The notes beneath the pieces were generated by a model. That model had not been told where the DNA came from. It saw only the letters and a list, made by a program, of their open reading frames with translations, and did no database searches. The position numbers and the translations under genes are program-made. Source: Candidatus Hydrogenedens sp. (GTDB taxonomy: Bacteria > Hydrogenedentota > Hydrogenedentia > Hydrogenedentales > Hydrogenedentaceae). Taken from it: 550 nt of DNA. The DNA lies in NCBI GenBank assembly GCA_049968235.1, contig JBMFRC010000061.1:1-550 (forward strand). Reading direction: 5' to 3'. Positions 1 through 550 of this stretch are shown one piece after another. Every line of letters begins with the position of its first letter. Positions within the stretch are counted from its first letter, which is position 1.

Positions 1-77
1 CTAATAATAATAAAGCTTACAAAATATTCGAACTAATGGAACGAAAATATAAGTATGATCTTCTTTATCTATTGTGA
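1..77 (+). CDS. Possible 3' terminus of an upstream ORF. Frame 3 is open from the window edge to TGA at 75-77 and translates to ...NNNKAYKIFELMERKYKYDLLYLL*.
   Basis: Frame 3 has no stop from position 3 to the TGA at 75-77. The codon content is AT-driven (N, K, Y, L) and there is no internal start with an RBS. Only 24 codons are visible, which is too few to judge coding potential. Confidence 0.15.
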   Translation, partial: NNNKAYKIFELMERKYKYDLLYLL

Positions 78-84
78 ATTGATG

Positions 85-93
85 AAAGGGAGG
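85..93 (+). promoter_or_regulatory. Shine-Dalgarno-like ribosome-binding site AAAGGGAGG
   Basis: AAAGGGAGG is 9/9 complementary to the 3' end of 16S rRNA. The GGAGG core ends at 93, 8 nt before the TTG at 102-104. This is only meaningful if the sequence is bacterial or organellar. Confidence 0.35.
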
Positions 94-101
94 TAAAGTA
101 A

Positions 102-215
102 TTGAAAATCTCATACTTAATGAAAAAAAATTTTTCTATTTTTTTTTCATTATTGCTAAAACGCATAGATGGATTAAAGTGCTTAGATTTGCTTATATGG
201 TACACTTTTTTTTAA
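102..215 (+). CDS. Small ORF of 37 codons from TTG 102 (31 from the internal ATG at 120), stop TAA 213-215. Predicted peptide (L/M)KISYLMKKNFSIFFSLLLKRIDGLKCLDLLIWYTFF. Hypothetical small hydrophobic protein.
   Basis: TTG start sits at ideal spacing from a strong SD, whereas the ATG at 120 is 26 nt from the SD, which is too far. The peptide is rich in F, L, I and K. That is what AT-rich sequence yields when translated by chance (TTT, TTA, ATT, AAA), so codon content does not support real coding. No terminator hairpin follows the stop. Confidence 0.22.
   Translation: MKISYLMKKNFSIFFSLLLKRIDGLKCLDLLIWYTFF
123..147. repeat. A8-T5 palindromic AT tract (123-135) followed by T9 (139-147), low-complexity AT block
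   Basis: Read directly: gAAAAAAAATTTTTcTaTTTTTTTTTc. It lies inside the candidate small ORF. Tracts of this kind are intrinsically bent or easily melted. Confidence 0.8.
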
Positions 216-239
216 ATTACGGCTCCAACTCCATCAACG

Positions 240-287
240 GCTCTCTTTTACTTGAGATTTTAAGCATGCTCTCTCCTGTTTTGAGAT
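240..287. repeat. Two copies of a ~20 nt imperfect direct repeat: GCTCTCT-N5-TTGAGAT at 240-258 and GCTCTCT-N6-TTGAGAT at 268-287. The 8 bp perfect palindrome AGCATGCT (263-270) lies between them.
   Basis: The half-sites GCTCTCT (240-246, 268-274) and TTGAGAT (252-258, 281-287) are identical in both copies and the copies start 28 nt apart. Each unit carries a weak internal dyad (TCTC...GAGA). A further ACGGCTC direct repeat sits at 219-225 and 237-243, and a related TCTCTGC motif at 301-307. Confidence 0.6.
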
Positions 288-344
288 GGCTTTAATTTTT
301 TCTCTGCTAATTTAACTATCCACAGTTAAAAATATTAATTTTGT

Positions 345-358
345 AAAAAAAAAAAAAA
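345..358. repeat. Uninterrupted A14 homopolymer tract (poly(dA:dT))
   Basis: Counted directly: positions 345-358 are all A, flanked by ttgt on the left and tt on the right. Confidence 0.9.
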
Positions 359-360
359 TT

Positions 361-378
361 AAAAACAAGAAAAACAAG
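361..378. repeat. Perfect tandem duplication of the 9-mer AAAAACAAG (361-369, 370-378)
   Basis: Read directly. It lies immediately downstream of the A14 tract, and the following sequence TAAAAATGA is a degenerate third copy. Confidence 0.85.
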
Positions 379-471
379 TAAAAATGATAAAATTTTGGTT
401 CATCACTAAATAATATCAACTTGAATTTAAATCCAAAATTTCATTGATTTTTGTATTTATTTTTGGGAAAT

Positions 472-501
472 TTGACATAAAACCCTTCATTTCGAACATA
501 T
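472..501 (+). promoter_or_regulatory. Candidate sigma-70/sigmaA-type promoter: perfect -35 TTGACA (472-477), with only a weak -10 candidate (AACATA 495-500 at 17 nt spacing, or CATATC 497-502 at 19 nt)
   Basis: The TTGACA hexamer is exact, but the best -10 matches TATAAT at only 3/6 and there is no extended TG motif. It sits just upstream of the compositional switch at about 500. The hexamer alone could arise by chance in 550 nt. Confidence 0.2.
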
Positions 502-550
502 CGGTGTACTGGAGGTACCGCTTAGCTTCAGCCGGTATGGACTATTTCTG
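502..550 (+). other. GC-richer segment (~52% GC against ~25% upstream) containing hairpin-capable CGGTGTAC-TGGAG-GTACCG (502-520) and GGAGG (511-515). Possibly the 5' end of a structured RNA or leader, or the start of a gene, truncated by the window edge.
   Basis: Hand base counts give 26/50 G+C in 501-550 and 127/500 in 1-500. GTAC (506-509) can pair with GTAC (515-518) around a 5 nt loop, or a 6 bp stem 502-507/515-520 with two G-U pairs can form. An ATG at 537-539 lies 21 nt after the GGAGG, which is too far for a normal RBS. The frame containing it is open back to 414. Confidence 0.3.

Noticed and set aside
36-77. ATG 36-38 ORF (MERKYKYDLLYLL*, 13 codons)
   Set aside because: It is in the same frame as the possible upstream-gene C-terminus. 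As an independent gene it is too short and lacks an RBS.
1-114. Reverse-strand 37-codon ORF (ATG at 114 reading leftward to TAG at 3-1: MRFSITLPPFHQFTIDKEDHTYIFVPLVRIFCKLYYY*)
   Set aside because: There is no SD upstream of it (the region reads ttttttttcattaagt on that strand), its length is what chance gives in a 114-nt AT-rich span, and the stop falling exactly at the window edge is coincidental. It is mentioned only as a possible antisense partner of the small ORF.
216-250. Possible rho-independent terminator after the small ORF (GC-rich ACGGCTC... followed by CTCTTTTA)
   Set aside because: The GC-rich elements are direct repeats, not inverted repeats, so no stable hairpin precedes the short T-run.
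384-413. ATG-initiated mini-ORF (MIKFWFITK*, 9 codons) right after the tandem 9-mer
   Set aside because: It is too short, has no RBS, and is typical chance ATG...TAA in AT-rich DNA.
425-496. Restriction-site-like palindromes ATTTAAAT (425-432), AAATTT (468-473) and TTCGAA (491-496)
   Set aside because: They are short AT palindromes, expected by chance at this base composition, and they show no flanking symmetry that would indicate an operator.
506-521. T-box antiterminator-like core (GGAGGTACCGC against GGGTGGNACCGCG)
   Set aside because: It is only a partial match. The upstream 250 nt lack recognisable Stem I elements (AG-bulge, GA/K-turn, specifier loop, distal loop) and are instead homopolymer-rich, and no terminator or antiterminator alternative can be seen before the window ends. 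It is kept as a hint inside the boundary finding, not as a feature.
515-550. tRNA-like D-arm resemblance (TAGCTTCAGCCGGTATGGAC against canonical TAGCTCAGTTGGTAGAGC)
   Set aside because: No register gives a 7-bp acceptor stem, a paired D-stem (GCTT has no AAGC partner) or an A14/G18G19 placement. The TTCGAAC at 491-497 is also not flanked by a T-stem. It is probably a chance similarity, and the window ends too soon to fold a full tRNA.
1-550. CRISPR array, IS element or transposon ends, integrase or att-like signatures
   Set aside because: There are no regularly spaced 24-48 nt repeats with unique spacers. No terminal inverted repeats bound a unit, and no transposase or integrase coding potential is present. 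The repeats that do occur are short AT-rich tandem or direct repeats.

Overview
The window is very AT-rich, about 28% GC by my hand count, and most of it is non-coding. Homopolymer runs (A8, T9, T8, A14) and short direct repeats dominate. No convincing gene fills the window. The best-supported elements are: (i) a strong Shine-Dalgarno-like AAAGGGAGG (85-93) placed 8 nt upstream of a TTG that opens a 37-codon ORF (102-215; internal ATG at 120 gives 31 aa) predicting a small Phe/Leu/Lys-rich peptide; (ii) a ~285 nt stretch with no ORF (216-500) containing a pair of ~20 nt imperfect direct repeats (240-258 and 268-287) flanking an 8 bp perfect palindrome AGCATGCT, an uninterrupted A14 tract (345-358) and a tandem 9-mer (AAAAACAAG x2, 361-378); (iii) a perfect -35-like TTGACA (472-477) followed by an abrupt compositional switch at about position 500, where GC rises from ~25% to ~52% over the last 50 nt and a hairpin-capable segment (502-520) plus a GGAGG appear. 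That last feature suggests the start of a structured RNA or leader, or a gene just beyond the window edge. I cannot assign the organism or even the kingdom. The homopolymer lengths and splice-site-like motifs fit a eukaryotic or organellar intergenic region as well as a very low-GC bacterium. Confidences are low throughout, and I found nothing I can defend as a recognisable, previously undescribed multi-gene system.
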